Source: Desulfomonilia bacterium (GTDB taxonomy: Bacteria > Desulfobacterota > Desulfomonilia > UBA1062). Taken from it: DNA of 64,000 nucleotides. Position 1 is the stretch's first letter. The number at the start of each line of letters is the position of its first letter. Under the pieces are notes generated by a model, which worked only from the letters and a program-made list of their open reading frames with translations, was not told where the DNA came from and made no database searches. Positions 10,622 to 20,377 of this stretch are shown in pieces. A program made the translations under genes and the position numbers. The stretch covers positions 480,001-544,000 of the forward strand of contig CAXXDQ010000003.1 in the NCBI GenBank assembly GCA_963664325.2. The letters are read 5' to 3'.

Positions 10622-11968
10622 CTATTTCTTGACTGTGAGTTCCATATCTTCCACTGATTCGACAATAACGGTTTCCCCTGGTTTCAGGCCTTCAGGCCCT
10701 CTGGCGTTCCAGTATTCTCCATGAACGAAGACCTTGCCAGTTCCGCTGTCATGCCATTCATAAACCTCGGCCCTTTCACCTTTCATGGCAGAGGCGCCTG
10801 TTATGGGAGTCTTTCTGTGGATTTTTAAAACAAGCCATACCCCTGCGGAGAATGAGGCGGCAAAGAAAAACGCAACAGGAAGGATGATACTCCATGATAC
10901 CTGTGTGGACATTTCAGGCGTCCTGAAAAGTATAATGGAACCCAGGATCAGCGAAATCACGCCGCCTACTGTTAATAGTCCCATACTCTGGACTTTGAGC
11001 TCGGCAAAGAAAAGGATTCCGGCGAGTATGATCAGTGCAACCCCTGCGTAGTTAACCGGCAAGGCAGAAAAGGCGAAGAATGCAAGTATGATCGATATGC
11101 CGCCTATGATACCAGGGAGAATAGCGCCGGGGCTTGAGAGTTCAAAATAAATCCCGGCAAGGCCGATAAGCATTAGGATATATGCAATATTGGGATTGGC
11201 CAGGATTGAAAGCAGTCTTGAGCGAAAGTTCATCGGGTGTTCTGTAACTGTTGCGCCTTTTGTCCTGAGCGTAAAAGACTGGCCTGCTTTTTTTATGGTT
11301 TTGCCGTCAATCTTAACAAGCAGGTCATCAAGACTATCGGCAATCAGGTCAATGACATGCTTTTCGACGGCCTCTGTTGCCTGGATGGAAACGCTTTTTC
11401 TTACGGCATCCTCAGCCCATTTTTCATTTCTCCCTCGTTCTTTTGCGATGCTTCTTGCATAGGCCGAGGCATCGTTTGTCACTTTTTCTGTCATCGTATC
11501 GCTTTCTGTTTTTTTATCCTTGCCGTCGTTTCCGCTACCTCCGCCTCCTGGTCCTATACCGACAGGGTGGGCTGCTCCGATGTTGGTTCCAGGTGCCATG
11601 GCTGCAATATCGGCCGCCAGGCAGATAAGTGCGCCTGCGGATGCTGCACGGGCGCCTTTGGGCGAGACATAGACAATGACAGGGATAGGTGCGTTCATCT
11701 CTTTCTGTATGATATCCCGCATCGAAGTGTCGAGTCCCCCGGGTGTATCCAGCCTTATTATAATGGCATCGGCCTTTTCCTTAACTGCCCTGTCTATATT
11801 TTCTGTGATGTATGAACCTACAGGCGGTGAAATGGCATCCTTGACGTCTATTACAACCAGATCGCCCGCCAGAGTCGTTCCGGCTGAAAAAAGGATAAAT
11901 AGAATTGTTAGGAGCGTTGCGGCGGATTCAGGCCAAGCATTTCCATGACTTTTTTTATGTCTTCCCAT
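10622..11968 (-). CDS. nfeD: NfeD-family membrane serine protease (long form)
   Basis: LDTPGG, AASAG and GAAHPV ClpP-like domain; TM region; C-terminal OB domain (VHGEYWNA). Confidence 0.9.
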   Translation of the reverse strand: MGRHKKSHGNAWPESAATLLTILFILFSAGTTLAGDLVVIDVKDAISPPVGSYITENIDRAVKEKADAIIIRLDTPGGLDTSMRDIIQKEMNAPIPVIVYVSPKGARAASAGALICLAADIAAMAPGTNIGAAHPVGIGPGGGGSGNDGKDKKTESDTMTEKVTNDASAYARSIAKERGRNEKWAEDAVRKSVSIQATEAVEKHVIDLIADSLDDLLVKIDGKTIKKAGQSFTLRTKGATVTEHPMNFRSRLLSILANPNIAYILMLIGLAGIYFELSSPGAILPGIIGGISIILAFFAFSALPVNYAGVALIILAGILFFAELKVQSMGLLTVGGVISLILGSIILFRTPEMSTQVSWSIILPVAFFFAASFSAGVWLVLKIHRKTPITGASAMKGERAEVYEWHDSGTGKVFVHGEYWNARGPEGLKPGETVIVESVEDMELTVKK

Positions 11969-12594
11969 GTCTCCCTCTTTTTGGATGGATTCTGAAGCAG
12001 ATAGCTTGGATGAAATGTCGGCATTACGGTTATACCCATATAATCTATAAAAATACCTCTTAGTTTACTTATCGGGGTTGTAATTCCGAGAAGATTGTGC
12101 GTTGAAACCGCCCCAAGGGTGATAATCACTTCGGGATTGATTAGCGATATCTGCTTTTTCAGATAACCGATACAGCTCTCAACTTCATCTGGAAGCGGGT
12201 TGCGGTTTCCGGGCGGCCTGCATTTTACTATATTGGCTATGTAAACATCCCTGCGTTCAAGTCCCATGCCCTTTACGATAATATCGGTCAGCAGCTGGCC
12301 TGCCGGCCCGACAAACGGCCTTCCTGTATTATCTTCAACAGCCCCCGGACCTTCTCCTATAAACAGGATCCTGGCATTATGGTTGCCTTCGCCGAAAACA
12401 ATATTCTTTCTTGTTGCCGAGAGCCTGCAGAGACTGCAGCCTTCAAGCGATTCTTTGACATCATCAAGAGTTCCTTGTTCACGAAGCTCTAATTCACAAG
12501 TTTTTTCAGGGATAGCCACTGATTCGGGCATGATCACGAAGTCACCTGTCCAGTTCTGTTCATCCCTGAATATTTGAACTGCGGATTCGTTCAC
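11908..12594 (-). CDS. Family 4 uracil-DNA glycosylase
   Basis: CxxC, GEGPG, GRPFVG, KCRPPGNR and HPSYLL motifs. Confidence 0.93.
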   Translation of the reverse strand: MNESAVQIFRDEQNWTGDFVIMPESVAIPEKTCELELREQGTLDDVKESLEGCSLCRLSATRKNIVFGEGNHNARILFIGEGPGAVEDNTGRPFVGPAGQLLTDIIVKGMGLERRDVYIANIVKCRPPGNRNPLPDEVESCIGYLKKQISLINPEVIITLGAVSTHNLLGITTPISKLRGIFIDYMGITVMPTFHPSYLLQNPSKKRETWEDIKKVMEMLGLNPPQRS

Positions 12595-13805
12595 AGCCTT
12601 TTCCTTATGAGGTCAAGGATTCTGTCTGAAAGCATGGTTTTTTCCATATTCTCGAATCTGAATTCACTGTCGGGTAAAAGGATTGTTCCTGTATTTGTAT
12701 CAGAGGCAAAACCGCTTCCCTCAATACCGACTCTGTTTGCAACGATCATGTCAAGCGATTTCCTGTTCATCTTGACTGAAGCGTTTTTAACGAGGTCATC
12801 CGTTTCTGCTGCAAACCCAACAAAAATCCTGTTTTCCTTCATCGGGCGGATAGTGTAAAGTATGTCTGAAGTATGAACAAGTTCAAGGCTGGTCATAGCC
12901 TCATTGCCTTTTTTAATCTTTGAACTGCTGCGAACCTTTGGAGTATAGTCGGCAACTGCCGCCGCCATTATAAGAACATCGGCATTATCAATGTGATCTT
13001 TTACGGCATCGAGCATATCGTTAGCAGACCTGACCGGTATTACATGAGCCCAAGGTGCGTAACTGATATTGACAGGTCCCGAGATTACTGTGACATCCGC
13101 ACCTCTCAGACAGGCAGCCTCTGCTATAGCCGCACCCATCTTCCCTGTAGAACGGTTGGTGATAAACCTGACAGGGTCGATATCCTCACAGGTTGGTCCG
13201 CTGGTGATAAGAAGACGGATACCCTGAAGATCATTGGGTGTTAGGATTTTCCTGACTTCAAGGATAATCCGTTCGGGGTCCGGCATCCTGCCTTTTGCCT
13301 CCCATCCGCATGCCAGGAGGCCTTCTTCGGGTTCAAGGATATTAATGCCCCTTTTGGTAAGGATGTTGATGTTGTCCTGTGTGGCCTTGTTTTCAAGCAT
13401 GTTTATGTTCATTGCTGGGCAGACAAGGACAGGGGCCTTAGTCGCCAGAACAGTGCTCGATAAAAGGTCGTCGGCTATTCCGCCTGCCATTTTTGCAATG
13501 AAGTTTGCTGTCGCGGGTGCTATGAGGAACAGGTCGGCCCTGTCTGCAAGGGCAATGTGTTCTATTTCATATTTCTGCTGATGATCAAGGGGAAACATCC
13601 TGGAGTACACAGGATGCTTTGAAAGGGTTTGAAGGGCAAGAGGAGTGACAAATTCAAGTGCGGAATCAGTCGTTATACAGAGGGTAGTTGCACCCAGGAG
13701 GCTAAGCCCCCTTACTACAAAAGGCGCCTTGTAAGCGGCAATGCCGCCTGTAATCCCGTAGATAACCGTCTTTCCGGTTAATTCTGTTTTATCTGTATTA
13801 CCCAT
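12591..13805 (-). CDS. coaBC: Phosphopantothenoylcysteine decarboxylase/ligase
   Basis: TGGIAAYK, PATAN, PAMN, DPVRFITNRSTG and GFAAET motifs. Confidence 0.96.
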   Translation of the reverse strand: MGNTDKTELTGKTVIYGITGGIAAYKAPFVVRGLSLLGATTLCITTDSALEFVTPLALQTLSKHPVYSRMFPLDHQQKYEIEHIALADRADLFLIAPATANFIAKMAGGIADDLLSSTVLATKAPVLVCPAMNINMLENKATQDNINILTKRGINILEPEEGLLACGWEAKGRMPDPERIILEVRKILTPNDLQGIRLLITSGPTCEDIDPVRFITNRSTGKMGAAIAEAACLRGADVTVISGPVNISYAPWAHVIPVRSANDMLDAVKDHIDNADVLIMAAAVADYTPKVRSSSKIKKGNEAMTSLELVHTSDILYTIRPMKENRIFVGFAAETDDLVKNASVKMNRKSLDMIVANRVGIEGSGFASDTNTGTILLPDSEFRFENMEKTMLSDRILDLIRKRL

Positions 13806-14221
13806 ATCTCTACCCTGGTATCCATAGGATTTTCCGATATAAGGATTGAAGCGAGTTTGTCAGGTTTCATGAAAAACATTTTTATATTGTCCTGGAAACG
13901 GTATTCATCACTCCGTGACCAGCCTGACGACGGCATTGTCGAACCAAAGAATTTTTCTATTGAATCTCCATCCACGCGACCCCTTACAACAAGTCGACCA
14001 AAACCATTGACCATATAACATTCCGAGGCATCTCTGCTGAGTTCGGAGGGTATCAATACATCCGGAAAATCCAGATAAGAAGGTTCTTTAGGAGCAGATG
14101 CAGGTGCAGTTGCCGACGGTTGAAGATCTCTTGGTTTCACATCATGGAGTTGCAACCCGCTGCAACCTGAAATAATAGAAATCAAAAGAATTGCTGAAGT
14201 CAAAATATGTCTTGGGTTCAT
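13778..14221 (-). CDS. Hypothetical lipoprotein
   Basis: ISGC lipobox; operonic with coaBC. Confidence 0.75.
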   Translation of the reverse strand: MNPRHILTSAILLISIISGCSGLQLHDVKPRDLQPSATAPASAPKEPSYLDFPDVLIPSELSRDASECYMVNGFGRLVVRGRVDGDSIEKFFGSTMPSSGWSRSDEYRFQDNIKMFFMKPDKLASILISENPMDTRVEIWVIQIKQN

Positions 14222-14230
14222 TATCCCTCC

Positions 14231-14857
14231 TTAATGAAGAAAAGGATTATATCTCTTTTCAGTGGCAACCGTGGTTGCCGGGCCATGGCCCGGATAGACC
14301 TTAACATCATCCCCAAGCGGAAGAATTTTGGTTTTTATTCCGCTTATCAATGTGTCGTAATCACCACCGGGAAGGTCTGTCCTGCCTATTGACTGTGCAA
14401 AAAGGGTATCCCCGGAAAAACAGGTTACGCCATCCGAAGCGATCAATGAGATTCCCCCTGGGGAATGCCCCGGCGTTTCAAGGACCTTAAGTGAATACTT
14501 GCCGAAATTGATTATATCCCCTTCCGATAGAAGGCGGTCCGGTTCAGGCGGCTGCTCGATTCTGACACCGAACATACCCCCCATCTTTGAAGCATATTTC
14601 AGGACGGGAAGTTCTGCCTTATGCATCATGATTTGCGCGCCGGTTGCATCCCTTATAGCCCCTAGAGCGCCCACGTGATCGATATGTGCATGGGTGATCA
14701 CGATGCCAATAACCTTGATATTTTCGGCCTTAATTTCCCTGAGAATGTCAGAGGCATCACCACCAGGGTCAAGCACAAGTCCTTCTTTTGTCTCTTCATC
14801 CCATATTATAAAACAGTTTGTCATGAAATCGGTTACTGTGATGTTTTTAAATTGCAT
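14231..14857 (-). CDS. MBL-fold metallohydrolase (glyoxalase II-like)
   Basis: THAHIDH, PGHS, GDTLF and PGHG motifs. Confidence 0.92.
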   Translation of the reverse strand: MQFKNITVTDFMTNCFIIWDEETKEGLVLDPGGDASDILREIKAENIKVIGIVITHAHIDHVGALGAIRDATGAQIMMHKAELPVLKYASKMGGMFGVRIEQPPEPDRLLSEGDIINFGKYSLKVLETPGHSPGGISLIASDGVTCFSGDTLFAQSIGRTDLPGGDYDTLISGIKTKILPLGDDVKVYPGHGPATTVATEKRYNPFLH

Positions 14858-15133
14858 TAAATGATACCTCCTTCAGTGATGAAAATCTTTGGAATAATTA
14901 TTCTGTCTCCGCAGAGCATAATACACCACGAAGACGCAGGTCAACATACTTTACAGCATTAGAAGAGCATAAATAATTGCTTATTAAATAATAAATGATT
15001 TATAAAAAAACATAAAACATAAAAATATGCAAAATAAATAACATAAAAAGCAATTTATTATTGACATATATGAATATAACGTGTATTCGTTAGTGAGTAA
15101 TCTCTCATTTATATGAGACAAAAGGAGACGTTT

Positions 15134-16246
15134 ATGAAAGTCGGAGTTCCTAAAGAGATAAAAAGGTTTGAGAGCAGGGTTTCGATGACTCCGGATGGAG
15201 TGCGCTCATTCAAGGCTGCCGGTCACGATGTTTATGTTGAAAAAGGAGCGGGTGTCGGAGCACAGATTGAAGATGAACAATATGCAAAAGCAGGGGCGGT
15301 TATGCTTGATTCTCATGCAGAAGTCTTTGCCGCAGCGGACATGATTTATAAAGTTAAGGAACCGCTTAAAGAGGAATATGGACTTTTAAGACAAGGCCAG
15401 CTTCTTTTCACATATCTTCATCTTGCAGCAGATAAAGATCAGGCCCTTGCATTGACAGAAAGAAAAGTTACAGGCATTGCATTTGAGACCATCCAGCTCG
15501 AAAACGGACATCTTCCTCTTCTCGAGCCGATGAGTGAGGTTGCAGGCAGGCTGTCCGTACAGGAAGGTGCCAAATACCTTGAAAAGACATTTGGAGGCAG
15601 AGGCATACTGCTTGGCGGTATTCCCGGTGTTCCAAGGGCCAATGTGGTTATAATCGGCGGTGGTGTCGTGGGTGCCAATGCGGCCAAGATAGCAGTGGGA
15701 ATGGGCGCAAGGGTAACACTGATGGATATTCAGAAAAGCGTTCTACAAAGATTTGACGACTTATATGGTGTGGCGATAGAAACCATGTATTCAACGCCGG
15801 GCAACATCGGGCGCTGTCTTGAAGGCGCAGACCTGGTGATCGGAGCGGTACTTATTCCCGGTGCATCAGCCCCGAAACTCATCACAAAGGAGCATGTCAG
15901 CTGCATGAGAAAGGGTTCGGTCATCGTCGATGTAGCTGTTGACCAGGGGGGGTGCTGTGCTTATACAAAGGCCACATACCATGATGATCCGATATTTTTT
16001 ATTGACGGTGTAGTAATGTATTGCGTGGCAAACATGCCTGGGGCAGTGCCTGTTACATCTACCTGGGGACTTTCTCAGGCTACACTTCCTTATGGATTGA
16101 AAATAGCAAATCTCGGCATAAAGGAAGCGGCAAAAGACCCGACAATTCTTAAAGGTATCAATACGTTTGCCGGTAACATAACACATCCGCAGGTGGCAGA
16201 AAGCCTTAATATCGCATATAAAAAAATCACCCCTGATTTGCTGTAG
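15134..16246 (+). CDS. ald: Alanine dehydrogenase
   Basis: GVPKEIK, KVKEP, YLHLAA, PMSEVAG, DVAVDQGG and VANMPGAVP motifs. Confidence 0.96.
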   Translation: MKVGVPKEIKRFESRVSMTPDGVRSFKAAGHDVYVEKGAGVGAQIEDEQYAKAGAVMLDSHAEVFAAADMIYKVKEPLKEEYGLLRQGQLLFTYLHLAADKDQALALTERKVTGIAFETIQLENGHLPLLEPMSEVAGRLSVQEGAKYLEKTFGGRGILLGGIPGVPRANVVIIGGGVVGANAAKIAVGMGARVTLMDIQKSVLQRFDDLYGVAIETMYSTPGNIGRCLEGADLVIGAVLIPGASAPKLITKEHVSCMRKGSVIVDVAVDQGGCCAYTKATYHDDPIFFIDGVVMYCVANMPGAVPVTSTWGLSQATLPYGLKIANLGIKEAAKDPTILKGINTFAGNITHPQVAESLNIAYKKITPDLL

Positions 16247-16272
16247 ATATTTTTAAAAAAACGCTTTAATGA

Positions 16273-16323
16273 ACCCGGGGTTTATCTCCATCTGGATATG
16301 GGCCCTGGGTCTTATATTTTTTT
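16273..16323 (+). terminator. Possible terminator after ald
   Basis: ACCCGGG/CCTGGGT stem with inner hairpin and T-tract. Confidence 0.4.
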
Positions 16324-16334
16324 CGGGAGATATT

Positions 16335-17396
16335 ATGGGAATGCATATCTATATACATATTCCTTTTTGCATGAGCAAATGCAGGTATTGCGGATTTTCT
16401 TCCATTGAAAATCCAGATCCGCCCCAGGATAGATATGTAAAAGCAGTTCTCGCTGAGGCGGAAATGATTTTTGATAATATTTCAGAACGCGGTCAGATAT
16501 CCACAGTTTATTTCGGAGGCGGTACTCCTACACTTTTCAGCACGAACTCGATCAGCAGAATTTTAAATGGCCTGGGCAATTTATGGCTGATCGGATCTGA
16601 CTCCGAGGTATCGATTGAAGCGAATCCGGAAACAATTTCCAAGGATTACGCATTGGGGCTGAGGGTCGCAGGAATAAACCGTGTAAGCCTGGGAGTTCAA
16701 AGCTATTCGAACAGGCTGCTTGGCTTTTTGGGCAGAGTGCATGATGCGGAGAAAGCACTTGATGCGTTCAAGTCATTACGTACGGCCGGATTCGATAATA
16801 TAAACATTGACATAATGTACTCTATACCGACTCAGAGCTTATCGGAACTCAAGTATGACTTGAAACAAATCGGGGAGATCAGTCCCGAACATGTATCTGC
16901 ATACATGTTCACTCCAGACACCAGATGGGCCCGGACGATAGAACCTCTTCCGGATGATGAAATAGAGAGGTTTTTCTTCTCAGTTCTGGAAAAGATGGAA
17001 GGATACGGCTTGAAACAGTATGAGATTTCCAACTTTGCCAGACCCGGATATGAATGCAGGCACAACCTTGCTTACTGGCGATACAGCCCATATATCGGAC
17101 TCGGAGCAGCCGCTGTTTCCACTTTCAAGGGAATACGCAGCACAAATATAAATGATCCTGAGAAGTATATGTCTCTTGTTCTGAATTATAAAAGGCCTGT
17201 TATATCCGAAGAAATGCTAGATAATTGCAAAGCCGACTTTGAGAAAAAATTTCTTTCCTTAAGGACCGTATATGGTATCCCTAAAGAATTAATGCCCCAA
17301 AATATACCGCCCGACCTGTATGAGATTAGAGATGGAAAAGCAGTTCTTACTCCGAAAGGGATGCTCCTGTCTGATGAGATATTTTCGATGCTTTAG
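16335..17396 (+). CDS. hemW: Radical SAM heme chaperone HemW (HemN-like)
   Basis: YIHIPFCxxxCxYC, GGGTPT, YEISNF and HNxxYW motifs; GGGAG RBS. Confidence 0.88.
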   Translation: MGMHIYIHIPFCMSKCRYCGFSSIENPDPPQDRYVKAVLAEAEMIFDNISERGQISTVYFGGGTPTLFSTNSISRILNGLGNLWLIGSDSEVSIEANPETISKDYALGLRVAGINRVSLGVQSYSNRLLGFLGRVHDAEKALDAFKSLRTAGFDNINIDIMYSIPTQSLSELKYDLKQIGEISPEHVSAYMFTPDTRWARTIEPLPDDEIERFFFSVLEKMEGYGLKQYEISNFARPGYECRHNLAYWRYSPYIGLGAAAVSTFKGIRSTNINDPEKYMSLVLNYKRPVISEEMLDNCKADFEKKFLSLRTVYGIPKELMPQNIPPDLYEIRDGKAVLTPKGMLLSDEIFSML

Positions 17397-17403
17397 TCCG
17401 GAA

Positions 17404-17862
17404 CTATTTCAGGTCATACCTGCTGATAATTACTTTCTGAATCTTGTAGGATTTAAGTGTTTTATAGAGTGTGATCTCGGCCTGATCCTTTTCGAGAGAA
17501 GAACCTTCGTTTTGAAGCTTATTCAGTATGGCAGACCTTATCTCAAACATCCTGGCCATTACGTCAGATTGTTGTTCGGGAAGAAAACTCAGTTTGATAT
17601 CTGCAATTAATATTTTCGATTTTTCCGGGTTTTCGTTTCTGCACACAACTACGAAAGGTTCAAGTTCAATTGTGCCGTTATCCTGAGCCGGAAGGACGGT
17701 TATGTTGTTTATGGTAAGATTCTTGTCGGCTGGTTCTTTTTTTAGAGAATTGATTAGAAAATATGACATCATTGAAGTAACCGCAAGAACAAGCAGAATG
17801 ATGAAAAATGTTAACCATCTAAGATTATCGGGGTTTTCCCTCTTCTTGTCCGGCTCACTCAT
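17404..17862 (-). CDS. FliL-like single-pass membrane protein
   Basis: N-terminal TM helix, LEPFVV and IRSAI segments, flagellar-gene context. Confidence 0.55.
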   Translation of the reverse strand: MSEPDKKRENPDNLRWLTFFIILLVLAVTSMMSYFLINSLKKEPADKNLTINNITVLPAQDNGTIELEPFVVVCRNENPEKSKILIADIKLSFLPEQQSDVMARMFEIRSAILNKLQNEGSSLEKDQAEITLYKTLKSYKIQKVIISRYDLK

Positions 17863-18245
17863 ATTTGCTGTTCACCAAGAAGCAATTCGATCTTCCTTCC
17901 GAGCGTGTCAGCTGTAAAAGGTTTTATGATGAAATCTTTTGTTTCAGAATCGAGCAAGTTAGTTGCTTCATCAATCTGGGTTTCCTTGATGACCATAAGG
18001 AAAGGAATGTCTTTAAAATCATCACTGCTTTGCAAAACCTTTAGAAGTTCAATACCGGAAATATCCGGCAGATCATAATCAGATATAATCAGATCAGATT
18101 TTTTCCTGTGTATGATATCAAGACCGGTTGATCCGTCATCAGCCTCAAAGATATTTACAAAACCGAGTTCTAAAAGGCAATTCTTTATAATCCTTCGCAT
18201 GAATGGAAAGTCTTCAATTACAATTATATTAATATTACTATCCAT
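17859..18245 (-). CDS. CheY-like single-domain receiver (atypical)
   Basis: MRRII, ISD phospho-Asp and KPF retained; conserved Thr replaced. Confidence 0.8.
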   Translation of the reverse strand: MDSNINIIVIEDFPFMRRIIKNCLLELGFVNIFEADDGSTGLDIIHRKKSDLIISDYDLPDISGIELLKVLQSSDDFKDIPFLMVIKETQIDEATNLLDSETKDFIIKPFTADTLGRKIELLLGEQQI

Positions 18246-18276
18246 TATAAAATCCCTTAATGCTTTGGTTCAAAAC

Positions 18277-19050
18277 TTATTCTCTGATTTCTTTGAGAAT
18301 CTTCTGCATTTTGGAACGAAGCCTGAGTATGGATTTTGTATGTATTTGAGAGACCCTTGATTCGGTGAACTTGAGCACATAGCCGATCTCCTTCATTGTA
18401 AGTTCATCATAGTAGTACAGCGAGATGACCATGCGTTCCTTTTCCGGTAATGACTGAATGGCTCGCGCAACCATATCTCTGGCCTCATTAAGCCCCATTT
18501 TGTGAGTGGGCCAGTCTTTTTCATCCTGCATGATGAATTCGAGAAGATTTCTTTTGGAAGAATCCTGGTTGTCTTCACCGAGATCATCCAGACTTAAAAG
18601 AGACACTGAAGCGGTCTCGGAAAGAAGACGATAAAAATTTTCCATGTCGACTTCGAGTTCGGTTGCAATTTCCTGGTCGTTTGCAGGCCTGCCAAGTGAC
18701 GACTCAAGCCTTGAATATGCATCCTCAATCTTTCGTGCCTTTTGCCTTACCGAGCGGGGAACCCAATCCATGGAGCGCAATTCGTCGAGCATGGCTCCTC
18801 TGATCCTGAATTCCGCATATGTCTTGAATTTGATATTCTTTGATGCGTCAAATTTTTCCATGGCATCGATAAGCCCTATTACCCCTGCATTTATGAGGTC
18901 GTGAATATCAATATGAGGCGGTAACCTCATTGCAATCCGGCTTGCAATATATTTGATTAACGGTGCGAACTCATTAATTACTTTCGCCCGTATCTTCGGA
19001 TCCGTGCGTTCATCATCTGTCAGGTCAGGAAACGCAATATCCAGCATCAC
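18277..19050 (-). CDS. fliA: FliA/WhiG-family sigma-28 factor
   Basis: GLIDA, FKTYAEFRIRGAMLDELR, DWVPRS and ESRVSQIH motifs. Confidence 0.93.
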   Translation of the reverse strand: MMLDIAFPDLTDDERTDPKIRAKVINEFAPLIKYIASRIAMRLPPHIDIHDLINAGVIGLIDAMEKFDASKNIKFKTYAEFRIRGAMLDELRSMDWVPRSVRQKARKIEDAYSRLESSLGRPANDQEIATELEVDMENFYRLLSETASVSLLSLDDLGEDNQDSSKRNLLEFIMQDEKDWPTHKMGLNEARDMVARAIQSLPEKERMVISLYYYDELTMKEIGYVLKFTESRVSQIHTKSILRLRSKMQKILKEIRE

Positions 19051-19908
19051 TTATCCTTTTTCACGGCTTCTAATATGCCTCTTGAAGAAAAACTGTAATG
19101 TGCCTTTTTCTTGTGGCGCATTAATACTATCTATTCTTTTTACAATTGCGGCCAATCTTCTGGTAGCTTCACTGCCGGGGTTGGTCTCAACAAAAGCCCT
19201 CTGTTCTCTTATGCTCTCCGGTATAATAGAATCATGCGGAATACTCCCAAGCATGTCAAGGGCAATATCCCCAAAAAATTTATCACATGCAAAAATTAAT
19301 TTTTTTATTACCTCCTTACCCTCATATGTAGAGAGCACATTATTGATGATAATTTCAAATCTTTTTATATTGAACCTGGCTCTCATGACTTTGATAAGGG
19401 CATATGCATCTGTTAAAGATGTGGGTTCAGGCGTTACAACGACGATGATTCTTTGTGCGGCGGAATTGAAGTATATGACATTTCCGGATATTCCGGCGCC
19501 GGTATCAACAAGCATATAATCGAAATCTTCATGATAATTATCCAGCGCATTTATCAGCATAAGCTGCTGTTCATATGACAGGACCGATAGTTCCTGAATC
19601 CCCGAAGAAGCAGGTAAAATCTTTATTCCTCCAGGTCCCTCAATAAGAATATCTTTGATTTTACAGTCACCCTGAAGCAGATGGTTGATATTATATTTGG
19701 CTGACAGTCCAAGCATAACATCTATATTCGCCAGTCCGAGGTCCGCATCAAACACAAGTACTTTCTTCCCCATGGATGAAAGAAGTATTGCCATATTAGC
19801 CACAATACTGGTTTTGCCGACCCCGCCCTTGCCTGATGTAATTGAGATTACCTGCGGAGAATTTTTCTTATTGCCGGATCGTTTATCAGTTTCAGGCCTG
19901 GGCATCAT
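19051..19908 (-). CDS. flhG: FlhG/FleN MinD-like ATPase
   Basis: SGKGGVGKT, DADLGLAN, DTGAG and PEPTSLTDAY motifs; upstream of fliA. Confidence 0.9.
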   Translation of the reverse strand: MMPRPETDKRSGNKKNSPQVISITSGKGGVGKTSIVANMAILLSSMGKKVLVFDADLGLANIDVMLGLSAKYNINHLLQGDCKIKDILIEGPGGIKILPASSGIQELSVLSYEQQLMLINALDNYHEDFDYMLVDTGAGISGNVIYFNSAAQRIIVVVTPEPTSLTDAYALIKVMRARFNIKRFEIIINNVLSTYEGKEVIKKLIFACDKFFGDIALDMLGSIPHDSIIPESIREQRAFVETNPGSEATRRLAAIVKRIDSINAPQEKGTLQFFFKRHIRSREKG

Positions 19909-20377
19909 TTTATTAAATCCCCTTCACTGCTACTTATTATATTGCAAAACCAATATGTCAATCTCAAGATTGAAAGCTATATTAACTGTACATGTAAATA
20001 AGATTTGAGTATTTATTTTTTAAAGTATTTTAAAAGATTTTAAAAGAGAGGAATTATGAAAGTTTTAAAAGAGTTGAGAAAATCTAATGGAACAGCTCTG
20101 AATGTCCTTTCCGGGAAATGTGCAATATCCGAAAAAAACTGGACCGATACGAACATAAACTCCCTAAAAGACCCTGCAAGAGGGTTTTTGGTAAGATTTG
20201 ACCAGCTCCGGATATTTCTTTCGGGGATTTTATGATGATAAAAAACAATTATAGTGCCGATATTGTGAAAATCGGACTAGGTAATGGGAACTAAATGTCT
20301 TCGGATGTGATAAGGTGTGGGACTGTTTACAGAAAATGGTTTTCTAACCGAATTTTCTTTTATACTGTGAGAAGTCT

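Noticed and set aside
14950-15110. A-rich quasi-repeats (ACATAAAA) upstream of ald
   Set aside because: Low-complexity promoter DNA with a TTGACA at 15061 but no regular repeat-spacer structure and only a weak -10.
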